Positions 42,361-52,799 of a stretch of DNA of 64,000 nucleotides are shown in pieces. The stretch spans positions 32,001 to 96,000 of the forward strand of contig JBALDB010000002.1 of the NCBI GenBank assembly GCA_036918135.1. The letters are read 5' to 3'. The notes beneath the pieces are model-generated. The model ran no database searches. It saw nothing but the letters and a program-made list of their open reading frames with translations, and was not told the DNA's origin. Position 1 is the first letter of the stretch; each line of letters opens with the position of its first letter. The position numbers and the translations under genes were made by a program. This DNA is from Nostoc sp. GTDB lineage: Bacteria > Cyanobacteriota > Cyanobacteriia > Cyanobacteriales > Nostocaceae.

Positions 42361-42795
42361 ATGAAACAAGTTTTCTTCTGGGGTTGCTGGTTTATTTCAC
42401 TTGGTAGTACTGCGTTACTATTTTTTTGGTCATTGCCTATGTCCCCATTTACACATCCGGGAATTACTGCCAATGAAGCAGTTATTATCTTTTTCCCCGT
42501 TATGGCTATACGTTGGCTGGCTCTTGCTTGTACTCTGTTTCTATTAGTGATTGCTTGGGGGCAATATTTGAACTTAGCGACTGGTTCTATGATTGCCCTG
42601 GTAATTTTGGTGTTAGCCTTACATTTTATTCTTGGAATAATTAATATTGCAATCATGAATGTTTGGCTTTCTGTTGAACCCATTAAGACACGCGCTACTA
42701 GCGCCGTTTACGCAGGCATCTATTTTGGATTGCCAATGTTTTGGCTATTACTCGTAGCACCCTTGATGCTGAAGGTTACTAATTTTCGTAACTAA
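42361..42795 (+). CDS. Hypothetical four-TM membrane protein
   Basis: AGGGGA RBS; hydrophobic ORF. Confidence 0.65.
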   Translation: MKQVFFWGCWFISLGSTALLFFWSLPMSPFTHPGITANEAVIIFFPVMAIRWLALACTLFLLVIAWGQYLNLATGSMIALVILVLALHFILGIINIAIMNVWLSVEPIKTRATSAVYAGIYFGLPMFWLLLVAPLMLKVTNFRN

Positions 42796-42812
42796 TATCA
42801 AGTTCGGCTAAT

Positions 42813-42920
42813 TACAGCCGTAGTCACATAGGTTAGGACATAAGGATGGGGTGAAATAAGAGAGTTAGTAATAGTTTTACCTCCTGCCTCCAGCATAGCT
42901 GCCTCCTGCCTCCTGCTATA
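42813..42920. mobile_element. MITE-like repeat, family A (inverted)
   Basis: TACAGCCGTAGTCAC...CCTCCTGCTATA. Confidence 0.7.
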
Positions 42921-43055
42921 CTTACAATATGGTTGGTCTATTGCCCTAAGTTAGCAAGTCGTGACTTTGCACTTTGTCTTTTGTAATTCCAAATGACCAA
43001 GGACAAGTAACCAAGGACGACGATAACGAAAATTTTCACTTTTTCTGAAGCAAAG

Positions 43056-45116
43056 TTAATTTGCTGCTGTTTGGGCTTCTTGATAAATAATTTCCTGAAA
43101 CTGAATTAAATCTTTTTGCGGGTCGGCGTGGGCAACTTTCACTAATATCTGTTCGCCCAAATTCACAGAACGTTTGAAAAACATTGGTAATTGCAAGCCT
43201 AAATCTTCTAACAAAATTAGGGCTAAGTTGCTGTCTTCCCGCAGCCACATTAATACTGTCACATGCCAAATTTGCTCTGGATGACGGCGCAAATACTCCA
43301 GAGCATAATATCTATTGGTTTGCCGTTCCACCATCGTTACTTCTTGGGTGATGGTGGTGACAGTCATCATCACTTCTTTGAGTTGTTCGGCGGAAAATGG
43401 CAAAACTTCACCCCGTAAGTGGGCTTTAAGTTGAAAGTGAGTCAACAAGTCGCTGTAGCGGCGGATGGGAGAAGTTGCTTGAGTATAGGTATCCAAACCT
43501 AAACCAGCGTGGCGTAAAGGTGTAATGCTCATTTCACTCTTGGGCATACAACGCCGCATGGCACAGGCACGAACAAATCCGGCTGGTAGCTGGAGTAATT
43601 CCTCGTCTGGAGGTAATTCTGGTTTTGGCTGACCGCGAAAGGGCAAAGGTATGTTATGTCTTTGACCATAGCGAGCAGCAACTTCACCAGCAAGAATCAT
43701 CATTTCTGCCACCAGTTGCCGCGAGGGGGAATCATCCAAAATGTCAATATTGATTTCATCGCCTTTGACTTTAATTGCTGCCTCAGGCATATTGATGCTA
43801 ATTGCTCCTTGGGCATAACGCCAAGTTCTACGTCGGACTGCCCAAGTAGCGATCGCTTCAATTTCTGGTTCTGCTTGTACCCCTAATTGCAACATTTCAT
43901 CTACATCTTCGTAGGTGAGGCGATAAGTCGGCTTAATTAAGCTGGTATGAATGCTGTAATCTTCTACTGCCCCAGTTGTACCTAAAACAATTCCAAAACT
44001 GAGGGCGCAACAAACCCGCCCCTGTACCAGACTCATTGGCCCTGTTGCCAATATCTCTGGAAACATGGGAATCATTCCCGTAGGTAAATAGACTGTACTA
44101 CCTCGTTTTCTGGCTTCTAGATCTAATTCATCTTCCGGCACTAACCATCTAGTGGGGTCAGCAATATGTACCCATAGGCGTTCTCGTCCATCGGCGAGGG
44201 CTTCCCAACTCAGACCGTCGTCGATTTCGGTGGTAGTTTCATCATCAATGGTGTACACCTTCAGGTGAGTCAGATCCAGACGGTTTGTATCTGAGTCAAT
44301 CGGCGGGAAATCCAAATGTTGTTGCGCCACTTCTAATACCTTCTGAGGAAACTGAATCGGAATTAAAGAACGACGCAGGAACAAGTTTTCATGAGGACTC
44401 CAGCAACCCAAATCAACTAATAGTTGAAAGGCTCCTTGGGGTGTTGTCGGTCGTCCCAGCATGGTCATAGTTTCTAATACTGGAGCGCTTGGAGGATAGG
44501 CGCGAGCTAGAGAGTCATAATTGACCCCCATCCGCACGGTGTCGGCAAGCAAGGCTGCGTATTTTTCTATTCCTTCTAAGCGCTGGCGGTCGTGGCGCTG
44601 CCACTCTACTGCTTCACCTTTGAGCGCCTGTTCTACACGAGCTAAAAATTCATGCTGTCCCTTAGCTTTGAGTGCCTCTACTTCGAGCTGGTGCTTGCGT
44701 TCTGCAACCTGACCAGGAGTTCGAGCTTCGTAAGCGTCTCCTTTTTGCTTGAAATAAAGTTTGTCGTCTGATAGCAAGCAATAGGCGGCGTAACAATGAG
44801 GCGCAGCTGATTGAGAAAATAGCAGATTTGCCATTTCGTTGGGAGTTACTGTTTCCCCACCTTCAACCAGTAATTCCCAAGCTACTTCTAAGCTAGATGG
44901 ATCTAAATAAGGCTTGACCTGTTCTAAAAAGCTGGTAATTTCCGAGAGCTTGTAGGTTTGTCCGTTAACTGTATAGGTTATTTGTCTAGGCGCGAGGCTG
45001 TGGGATTGACCGCGTTCGTCTACCACAAACCATCGGGTTTTTCCGTCCGGACGTTCTACGATGCCCAGACGGCGATCGCCTTGAACCCTAAATTCAACTA
45101 GCGTCCCCTTCTCCAC
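43056..45116 (-). CDS. rnb: Ribonuclease II/R family exoribonuclease
   Basis: TIDDETTTEIDDG, HIADP, TSPIRRYSDL. Confidence 0.92.
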   Translation of the reverse strand: MEKGTLVEFRVQGDRRLGIVERPDGKTRWFVVDERGQSHSLAPRQITYTVNGQTYKLSEITSFLEQVKPYLDPSSLEVAWELLVEGGETVTPNEMANLLFSQSAAPHCYAAYCLLSDDKLYFKQKGDAYEARTPGQVAERKHQLEVEALKAKGQHEFLARVEQALKGEAVEWQRHDRQRLEGIEKYAALLADTVRMGVNYDSLARAYPPSAPVLETMTMLGRPTTPQGAFQLLVDLGCWSPHENLFLRRSLIPIQFPQKVLEVAQQHLDFPPIDSDTNRLDLTHLKVYTIDDETTTEIDDGLSWEALADGRERLWVHIADPTRWLVPEDELDLEARKRGSTVYLPTGMIPMFPEILATGPMSLVQGRVCCALSFGIVLGTTGAVEDYSIHTSLIKPTYRLTYEDVDEMLQLGVQAEPEIEAIATWAVRRRTWRYAQGAISINMPEAAIKVKGDEINIDILDDSPSRQLVAEMMILAGEVAARYGQRHNIPLPFRGQPKPELPPDEELLQLPAGFVRACAMRRCMPKSEMSITPLRHAGLGLDTYTQATSPIRRYSDLLTHFQLKAHLRGEVLPFSAEQLKEVMMTVTTITQEVTMVERQTNRYYALEYLRRHPEQIWHVTVLMWLREDSNLALILLEDLGLQLPMFFKRSVNLGEQILVKVAHADPQKDLIQFQEIIYQEAQTAAN

Positions 45117-45418
45117 AACTCTCGCACTCTAGTAATTTTAGATTTTGAATTTTGGATTTCATACCTATTATGTATAAGTTCTAAAATCCAAAGGTTTTTT
45201 ATGCAGCAATCTATTTTATATTATCTATTTCAGATTTGAGATTTTTGACTCACATCAAACTGAGCTAAATATTTCTTTAGATACAGCTTGTGTTGCTTGA
45301 CAATTCGTTTGGGAAAGTTCTGTATCCTGCACTATAGCAAAGCTAGATGCTCATAAACACAGCAAATTGCTACTCTATCGCCAGAAACTTATTCCCAAAT
45401 CTCAAATCCAAAATTGTT

Positions 45419-45634
45419 TTAGCCTTCGGCGTTGATGAATGGCAACAAAGCCACAATCCGCGATCGCTTAATTGCTAATGTCAACTCTCGCTGTTGCTGA
45501 GACGTAAGCCCTGTAATCCGCCGTGGCAGTATCTTGCCCCGCTCGGTGATAAACTTACGCAACAAGTCAACATCTTTATAATCTATTGGTTCTCCTGGCT
45601 TAATTGGAGAAAGGCGACGACGGAAATAGCTCAT
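45419..45634 (-). CDS. rpsR: 30S ribosomal protein S18
   Basis: [23 protein letters not shown]. Confidence 0.98.
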   Translation of the reverse strand: MSYFRRRLSPIKPGEPIDYKDVDLLRKFITERGKILPRRITGLTSQQQRELTLAIKRSRIVALLPFINAEG

Positions 45635-45636
45635 CT

Positions 45637-45831
45637 CTATTTAATTTCCTTGTGAACGGTATGTTTATTACAGTGGGTGCAGAACTTTTTCAGTTCTAGC
45701 CTGTTAGTGGTGTTGCGGCGATTCTTTGTACTGGTATAACGTGAGACACCAGGAGAACGCTTTTCTGGATTTGTCCGACACTCGGTACACTCTAATGTCA
45801 CAATTATGCGGACACCTTTACTCTTAGCCAT
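45637..45831 (-). CDS. rpmG: 50S ribosomal protein L33
   Basis: LECTEC...[16 protein letters not shown]. Confidence 0.98.
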   Translation of the reverse strand: MAKSKGVRIIVTLECTECRTNPEKRSPGVSRYTSTKNRRNTTNRLELKKFCTHCNKHTVHKEIK

Positions 45832-45874
45832 AATCTTACAAACACTAAAGCCTGAAGAGAATTAACACAAATGA

Positions 45875-46432
45875 CTATCTTCTCACATTCCGCCGCATAT
45901 TTTCAACTAATTTTTTGATTTTGATATCCAGCGAGTAGCCACGACGCGAAGAAACTATAAAAGTTCCACAGTAGCGATCGTGTAAAGCCTGCCGCATCTG
46001 GGTATCATAGAAGGCAGTCCCGCAATCAATTGCTAGGGGAATTACTAGCAGTATAGCAGTAGGATTGGCTCTAATATTGCTCAGAGCAATTGACACTAAT
46101 AAAGCACCCAAGCCGATAATCGCCTCTCGCTTCATTAGTGAGAGCAAATCTGGAATTCTGCTCACTATTTCCCCATCTTCGACTGACAACACCTTTAAAT
46201 CGAACGCCCAACGCCCTAAACTTTGCCCTCGGTTGTTGTATACCACCAGCACCCGCAAAACCAGCCAAAGTATTACAAAAACTAAGATTTCAACAAATTG
46301 AATACCGATATTGCTGCCTCCCAGTAGGGAACTGATTAACCACACACCAAAAAAATCAAGTCCCAATGCCATACCTCGCCGCTCAATCTCAGCCTTGGGA
46401 TAGTGTTTTTGGGGAACTCGTTCGATTGTCAT
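45875..46432 (-). CDS. RDD family protein
   Basis: RRGMALGLD, GQSLGRW, RQALHDR. Confidence 0.88.
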   Translation of the reverse strand: MTIERVPQKHYPKAEIERRGMALGLDFFGVWLISSLLGGSNIGIQFVEILVFVILWLVLRVLVVYNNRGQSLGRWAFDLKVLSVEDGEIVSRIPDLLSLMKREAIIGLGALLVSIALSNIRANPTAILLVIPLAIDCGTAFYDTQMRQALHDRYCGTFIVSSRRGYSLDIKIKKLVENMRRNVRR

Positions 46433-46725
46433 ACAAAACAACTATTTTTATTTAGGGGTTAGGAAATAGCGATCGCTCCTGTTTTTAATATTAAGGTGAT
46501 GACTTGGTCACTTGCTGCGCTATAAAAGAACAAAAATTTGTGCAACTAACAACTGCGTAACTCAAAAATCGGATGAAGTTCATATAGCAATTTTTATACT
46601 GTACTGATACATAGTAAACATCTCACAGAGTAACCGTTACACCTCATGGATGCAATACACAGTAGGATTGTACATCTGTATTATATTGTTGTAGAAACTT
46701 AATTGTAGTTAATTTCGGGGTTGCA

Positions 46726-47355
46726 TTGATGACATATCTATTTACTAGAACAGCTATTAGTATGGTGATGACTACTGCTTTAGCGTTAGCGATCGCCATA
46801 ACCACCAATAACCTAGCTCATGCTGCTGAGTTCAACTTTAACTGGAAAGGAGACACAGGTTATTCAGCGAAAGGTTCATTTAACTACGATACAACAACTG
46901 CTCCTGGCGTAATTTCTGAAACAGGCTCAGGAGCTACGAAGTACTTGCAATCTTTCTCAATTTCCTTTTTTGATCCTTTGAGTAATCTCATAAATACTTT
47001 CACTCCAGTGGTTAGTGGTTCATCTAACTACAGTTACTTGAGATTCAACTTTGATAGCACTAAAGAGCAAATCTTTGGCCCATTTGATGTTGGCAAGGAT
47101 AATATGCTTCTTGGTGACACCTGGCTTAATAATAATCTGGCACTCATAGATGAAGGTTTTAGCAATCAGGTTCTACCTGAAGACTTTCATTTGATCGGTA
47201 GAAATGCAGCAGGCGCAGAGCAAATACTAGATTTAAGTAACAATTCGGTTCAGGTATCCAAAGTCCCCGAAGGAAGCATAATTATCGGTTTACTAGCAGT
47301 GTGTAGTCTGGGATTTACCGCTTATAGAAATCTAAACAAAGCTACCCAACAGTAG
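46726..47355 (+). CDS. PEP-CTERM-type exported protein
   Basis: Signal peptide ending AHA; C-terminal VPE + TM helix + basic tail. Confidence 0.8.
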   Translation: MMTYLFTRTAISMVMTTALALAIAITTNNLAHAAEFNFNWKGDTGYSAKGSFNYDTTTAPGVISETGSGATKYLQSFSISFFDPLSNLINTFTPVVSGSSNYSYLRFNFDSTKEQIFGPFDVGKDNMLLGDTWLNNNLALIDEGFSNQVLPEDFHLIGRNAAGAEQILDLSNNSVQVSKVPEGSIIIGLLAVCSLGFTAYRNLNKATQQ

Positions 47356-47403
47356 ACTCAGTGTTAGTTTACAGGAATAAAAGAAAAGTTGGAGGCGATC
47401 GCT

Positions 47404-48681
47404 ATGTTATCAGTCAGCGATGCACAAGCAATTATTTTAAATTTGGTGCAGCCGTTGGATAACCAGCGGGATACAGAAGTTGTAGATTTATTCACAGCAG
47501 ATAGTCGCATTTTGGCAACACCTGTCACCAGTCCGCTAGATTTTCCCCATTGGGATAATTCGGCAATGGATGGCTACGCAGTTCGCTACGAAGATGTACA
47601 GCACTCTAGCACCGAACAACCAGCTATTTTAGAAATTGTTGAGGAGATTCCGGCTGGGTATCAGCCCAAGTCTACGATTCAACCAAGCCAAGCCGCACGA
47701 ATTTTCACGGGTGCAGCGATTCCAGCAGGTGCGGATACTGTAGTTATGCAAGAGAAGACACGGCGCGAGGAAAACCGCGTATTTATCCTGGATGCGCCAA
47801 AACCCCAAGAATTTGTCAGACACAAAGCATCTTTTTATCAAGCTGGAACACAATTACTACCAGCAGGTATTAAGTTAAATACCTCAGAAATTGCTGTGTT
47901 AGCAGCAGCACAGTGTTCGCAATTAAATGTTTATCGCCGTCCGCGTGTAGCAATTTTTTCTACTGGTGACGAGTTGGTAACAGTTAATCAAGCACTGCAA
48001 CCAGGGCAAATTGTCGATTCTAATCAGTATGCGCTAGCAGCTTTAGTAAGAGAAAGTGGGGCAGAACCATTACTATTAGGCATTGTCAAAGATGAACCAG
48101 TTGCTCTGGAAAAAGTCATTACCCATGCTGCTGCGATCGCTGATATAGTTCTATCTTCTGGTGGGGTTTCGGTGGGAGATTATGACTATGTTGACAAAAT
48201 TCTTGAATCACTCAAAGCCCAAATCCACATTCAGGCTGTAGATATCAGGCCAGGTAAACCCCTCACCGTTGCCACACTCCCTGCTCCCCAATCAGTAAAA
48301 GATGCGATGAATCGCGTCTCTAGTTACTCTCCCGTCTACTTTGGTTTACCAGGAAATCCGGCATCTGTATTGGTAACTTTTTGGCGGTTTGTACTACCAG
48401 CCATCAAAAAACTTTCTGGAATTACACAAGGTTGGGAACCAGCATTTTTGAAAGTGCGATCGCATGATGAATTGCGATCCGATGGCAAGCGTGAAACTTA
48501 CCTTTGGGGTAAATTGCATTTAATTGATGGAGTTTATGAATTTCACAAAGCTGGTGGTAGTCACAGTTCTGCTAATTTAATTAATTTAGCTCAAACTAAT
48601 GCCTTGGCTGTTCTCCCGCCAGGGAAAGCATTAATTTCTCCCCAAGAAGAGGTACAAGTTTTGCAGTTGATTATACCTTAA
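47404..48681 (+). CDS. moeA: Molybdopterin molybdotransferase
   Basis: NSAMDGYA, RIFTGA, STGDEL, SSGGVSVGDYD, GLPGNP. Confidence 0.95.
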   Translation: MLSVSDAQAIILNLVQPLDNQRDTEVVDLFTADSRILATPVTSPLDFPHWDNSAMDGYAVRYEDVQHSSTEQPAILEIVEEIPAGYQPKSTIQPSQAARIFTGAAIPAGADTVVMQEKTRREENRVFILDAPKPQEFVRHKASFYQAGTQLLPAGIKLNTSEIAVLAAAQCSQLNVYRRPRVAIFSTGDELVTVNQALQPGQIVDSNQYALAALVRESGAEPLLLGIVKDEPVALEKVITHAAAIADIVLSSGGVSVGDYDYVDKILESLKAQIHIQAVDIRPGKPLTVATLPAPQSVKDAMNRVSSYSPVYFGLPGNPASVLVTFWRFVLPAIKKLSGITQGWEPAFLKVRSHDELRSDGKRETYLWGKLHLIDGVYEFHKAGGSHSSANLINLAQTNALAVLPPGKALISPQEEVQVLQLIIP

Positions 48682-48832
48682 AATCACGTGATTTCCATAG
48701 CCTCTACTTGAGAACATCCTCTACAAAGGGCAGAGTTATTTTTAACAAAAATTAGAATTGTCCAATGCTCAAACAAAGGAAAATTTTGCCACAGTAGAAG
48801 TAAAGCTTTTTATTTCACTTGGGTGCAATTAA

Positions 48833-50596
48833 ATGACTCAAATATTTGAACTTCCCACCGATAAAGATTATTATACGCGTGTTGCTAAACTTGCAGATGT
48901 TCAAGCAGCAGGCAGTTTGTTAGTCCGCAAGGAAAAACATACTATTGTTTTGTTTTACTCAGACAATAGAGTCTATGCAATTGACAACCGTTGTCCACAC
49001 ATGGGCTTTCCCCTACAAGGTAGCACTTGCAAAGATGGTATTGTTACCTGCCCTTGGCATTATGCGCGCTTCGATCTTGCTAGTGGTGGCACTTTCGACT
49101 CTTGGGCAGATGATGTTCCTTCTTTTCCCCTAGAAATCCGCGATGGTGAAATTTGGGTAAATTTAGCACCTCCAGTTAATCTTCATCTCCACCAACGCGA
49201 ACGTCTCCAAGATGGTTTAGAGCAGAATATTTCCTTAGTGATTGCTAAATCAACGATCGCACTTTTAGATCTAGGAGTAAATCCGGCTCAACCATTTCAA
49301 ATCGGGTTAGAATTTGGTACTCGTTACAACAAAGCAGGTTGGAGTGCGGGTTTAACTATCCACACCTGCATGATGAATCTCGTACCTTATCTAGATGCAG
49401 AAGATAAACCCCGTGCTTTATTTCAAGGACTCTCGGCAGTAGCTAATGATAGCGCGGGTGCGCCGCCTCTGTTTGCCGTTCACCCGTTACCCAACTCTAA
49501 AGTTGATTTCCCGACTCTTAAAAGCTGGTTTCGCCAGTTTATTGAGGTACGGGATGGTGAAGCCGCTCAAAGATGCTTGGTATCGGCGATTCGTTCAGGA
49601 GCTAATTCCAAGCAAGTTGCAGATATGCTGTTTTGTGCTGCTACAGACCATCGCTATCTTGATGTTGGGCATACGGTTGATTTTATCAACAAAGCATTGG
49701 AAGCCCTTGACGCTGTGAATTGGCAAGCAGCAGAATCTATTCTCGCTAGCTTAGTTTCGAGTTTAGCCGATGCATCGCGTATGGAAGAATCTAATTCCTG
49801 GCGCTACCCTGTAGATTTGGTAGCAATTTTAGAGTCAGCTTTTGAGCAATTACCCACCGTATTAAGTGCGGGGAAATCTCGACAAGGAACTTGGTCAAAC
49901 AGAGATGAATTAGTACCAATTTTATTAGGTGAAGACCCACAAGCGATCGCCGACTCGCTACTGAATGCACTGGAAGCAGGTTGTACTGAAGAACAATTAG
50001 CTGGTGTAGTTACTTATACGGCAGCCCTGCGCGTCGCTCGTTTCCATACCAACAATGACTTTGGAGATTGGAATTCCGCACATCATCCATTTACTTTTGC
50101 TAACGCCGTGCATCAAGGGTTACGACGAGTACCAACAGTCGAACTACTAAAAGGTGTATTTGATGCGGCGATGAGTGTCTATTTAAATCGTTTTTTGAAT
50201 GTACCACCAGCACGGCTTCCAGAACCCAAAGACTCCATTGAAAATCCCGAAGAATTACTCCAGCAGCTACCCGATTTATTAAATCGTCAGCAACAAGTAA
50301 ACCAGACAGGGCAATTAGTGGCTAATTATTTATATAGCGGTGGTGATGCTAAAAGACTGATGGCGATGCTAGGAAAAATGATGCTACGAGAAAACCGTGA
50401 TTTTCATGTAATTCAAGAAATAGAAGCAGCTTTTCGTCAGTACTCCTTGCTAGGTAATAGTCCGGCTGGTATTCATGTATTAGTTGCTGCTTCTCGGTAT
50501 TTAGCAGCCCATTCTCCCACAATGCGATCGCAAGGACAAACTTATCAAATCGCTTATCGATTACATCAGGGCGATCGATTATTTGAAGAATCTTGA
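48833..50596 (+). CDS. Rieske [2Fe-2S] domain protein with a long helical C-terminal region
   Basis: CPHMG...CPWHYARFD Rieske motif. Confidence 0.85.
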   Translation: MTQIFELPTDKDYYTRVAKLADVQAAGSLLVRKEKHTIVLFYSDNRVYAIDNRCPHMGFPLQGSTCKDGIVTCPWHYARFDLASGGTFDSWADDVPSFPLEIRDGEIWVNLAPPVNLHLHQRERLQDGLEQNISLVIAKSTIALLDLGVNPAQPFQIGLEFGTRYNKAGWSAGLTIHTCMMNLVPYLDAEDKPRALFQGLSAVANDSAGAPPLFAVHPLPNSKVDFPTLKSWFRQFIEVRDGEAAQRCLVSAIRSGANSKQVADMLFCAATDHRYLDVGHTVDFINKALEALDAVNWQAAESILASLVSSLADASRMEESNSWRYPVDLVAILESAFEQLPTVLSAGKSRQGTWSNRDELVPILLGEDPQAIADSLLNALEAGCTEEQLAGVVTYTAALRVARFHTNNDFGDWNSAHHPFTFANAVHQGLRRVPTVELLKGVFDAAMSVYLNRFLNVPPARLPEPKDSIENPEELLQQLPDLLNRQQQVNQTGQLVANYLYSGGDAKRLMAMLGKMMLRENRDFHVIQEIEAAFRQYSLLGNSPAGIHVLVAASRYLAAHSPTMRSQGQTYQIAYRLHQGDRLFEES

Positions 50597-50617
50597 CATC
50601 ACACCCCATGCCCAATA

Positions 50618-51850
50618 TTAAAATATCTGCTCAAAAGCTTCAATCAACCTGTTAACTTCCTCAAGGGTGTTGTAATGCACCATACTCACCCTGACTATTC
50701 CCCCTTGGGATGCTAAGCCTAAATATTCAATTAACCGTTTAGCATAAAAGTCTCCGTAGCGAATTCCAATATAGTGTTGGTCAATTTTTGGCGGAATTGT
50801 TGAGCTATGCATTCCATCTACAACAAAAGATATAGTTGGTACACGGGATTTGCGGTCAGCTTTTGATTGACCAATGATTCTGACATTAGACTTGCTGTTG
50901 AGGTAATTTAGTAGGCGATCGCTAATTTTCTCTTCGTGGATGCTAATTAAATCAAATGCCTGCACCATCTGATTTCTCAAATCAGGCGCGGTTTGATTAT
51001 CGTAGTGCAGTTGTGCTAATTCACTCAGATAATCACATAAACCCAACATTCCATAACTTAATTCAAAATTGACATTTCCTAACTGGAACTTATAAGGGAT
51101 ATCTGTTTGAGCAATAAAATAATGGTTTAATCCAGGCAATCTTAATAAATGTTCTTCTTTACCATAAAGTAAAGCATGATGTGGCCCATAAGCTTTATAA
51201 AAACTCAAACCATAAAAATCAACATCTAAATCTTGGACATCAATCAATCTGTGTGGTGCATAAGCGACGCCATCGACACAAATCATAGCACCGCGATCGC
51301 GCACAAATGCCGCAATTTTTTTAATCGGGTTAATAGTTCCCAAAATATTAGAAGCATGAGTCAAGGCTACTAGTTTTGTCCGCTGATTCATCAATGGTTC
51401 TAAATCTGCTAAATCAAGTTCCAAGGTGTCTGGGCGAATTTGCCACACTTTAACTTTCATTCCTTGTTTTTCCAGAGCAACCCAAGCACCAATATTTGCC
51501 TCATGGTCACAATTAGTAACAATAATTTCATCACCAGGTGTGAAGGTTTGACCCAAACAAATTGAGAGAACTTTTAACATCATTGTAGTAGATGGCCCCA
51601 TCACTACTTCTGTGGGAGAATTGGCATTAATAAAAGTGGCCATTCCTCTAGTTGCTAAAGCTAATCGTTCTCCGGCAAGTTGGGAAACGCCGTAAGATGC
51701 TCCTAATTGCACATCAGAAGTTAAAAGGAATTCGCTAATTCTATCTACTACTTTTTTTAGAGTTTGTGACCCGCCAGCATTATCAAAAAAAGTCCATTTA
51801 CCAGCTAAAGCGGGAAAATATTGACGAACTTTATCAAGATTCAGGAGCAT
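50618..51850 (-). CDS. Cysteine desulfurase-like class V PLP enzyme
   Basis: FDNAGGSQ, DHEANI, SFYK (PLP Lys), RVSMVHYNT. Confidence 0.88.
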   Translation of the reverse strand: MLLNLDKVRQYFPALAGKWTFFDNAGGSQTLKKVVDRISEFLLTSDVQLGASYGVSQLAGERLALATRGMATFINANSPTEVVMGPSTTMMLKVLSICLGQTFTPGDEIIVTNCDHEANIGAWVALEKQGMKVKVWQIRPDTLELDLADLEPLMNQRTKLVALTHASNILGTINPIKKIAAFVRDRGAMICVDGVAYAPHRLIDVQDLDVDFYGLSFYKAYGPHHALLYGKEEHLLRLPGLNHYFIAQTDIPYKFQLGNVNFELSYGMLGLCDYLSELAQLHYDNQTAPDLRNQMVQAFDLISIHEEKISDRLLNYLNSKSNVRIIGQSKADRKSRVPTISFVVDGMHSSTIPPKIDQHYIGIRYGDFYAKRLIEYLGLASQGGIVRVSMVHYNTLEEVNRLIEAFEQIF

Positions 51851-52559
51851 GGTATAAATCCTCTAGAGAATGTTCTTAACCCTAGCCTAACTTTTGGCAA
51901 GTTGCCCAGAAAGCGTCTGCATTGTTTTTTATTTTCAGTTTGTCATCCCAGCCTTTCTACTCCTAAAGAATCTCTGTGCGAATGTGCCGACTTTTAAAAA
52001 ACATTTTTTTATTTACATCCATTGGAAATCCGATCCTGGGATATTTTTCTCACTTTCAGCAGAGAAAAATCAAAAACCCAGATTTTTGAAATACTTTTAT
52101 GAATTTAGGTTGAGGTAGCCTTGCACCCTTGCAGTTTCTTGACTCCTTCAGTGGCGTTTGATAAACCGAACTCAACTCTAAAGTAGGAGTATACAGCTTT
52201 ATTTAGACAAACATACCCAGATTTACTCAAATTAAACCATTTTTTAGTTATTACTGCTCAAAGCGACCTTTAACACCGCTAAGCTAACACCACACCACTA
52301 ATTTTTTCTATTCCACCTAATTCCCCACCGCTATGGTGTTTCATTTATCTAATCCAGTAATGAATTTTAAAAATTTTATACTACAACACTGTGAATTAAG
52401 GTAATCTTTTTAAATAGCAGCTCATCTATCTTAAATTTGACAATAGAATGAGTTTGCCTACTTTAAGATTCTATCTACTTACCGTTCCTGGCTTAGTTAC
52501 TAAATTGTATTGTTTTCGGTGTATTGTCTAATAAAATTTACAGGGTGTATTTATCTATA

Positions 52560-52676
52560 TACAGCAGTTTTCGTTTGGATGAAGTACAAAGTCACTGGTT
52601 TTGAGGCAGGAGGCAGAAGAATAATTTAATTTTTGAGTCCTTGGTTTTGTACCTCACTTTATTGCAAACTGCTGTA
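52560..52676. mobile_element. MITE-like repeat, family B
   Basis: TACAGCAGTTTTCG...GCAAACTGCTGTA. Confidence 0.7.
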
Positions 52677-52799
52677 TCTAATTAATCGCTTATTCTAGAA
52701 TAAAAATCTCGATTTACAACAGTTTACTTGCCTGATTTTTGCTAGCTAATGCTAGTTTCTCTTGATATCAACAAGATTATTAGAATAGATTAATTAACT

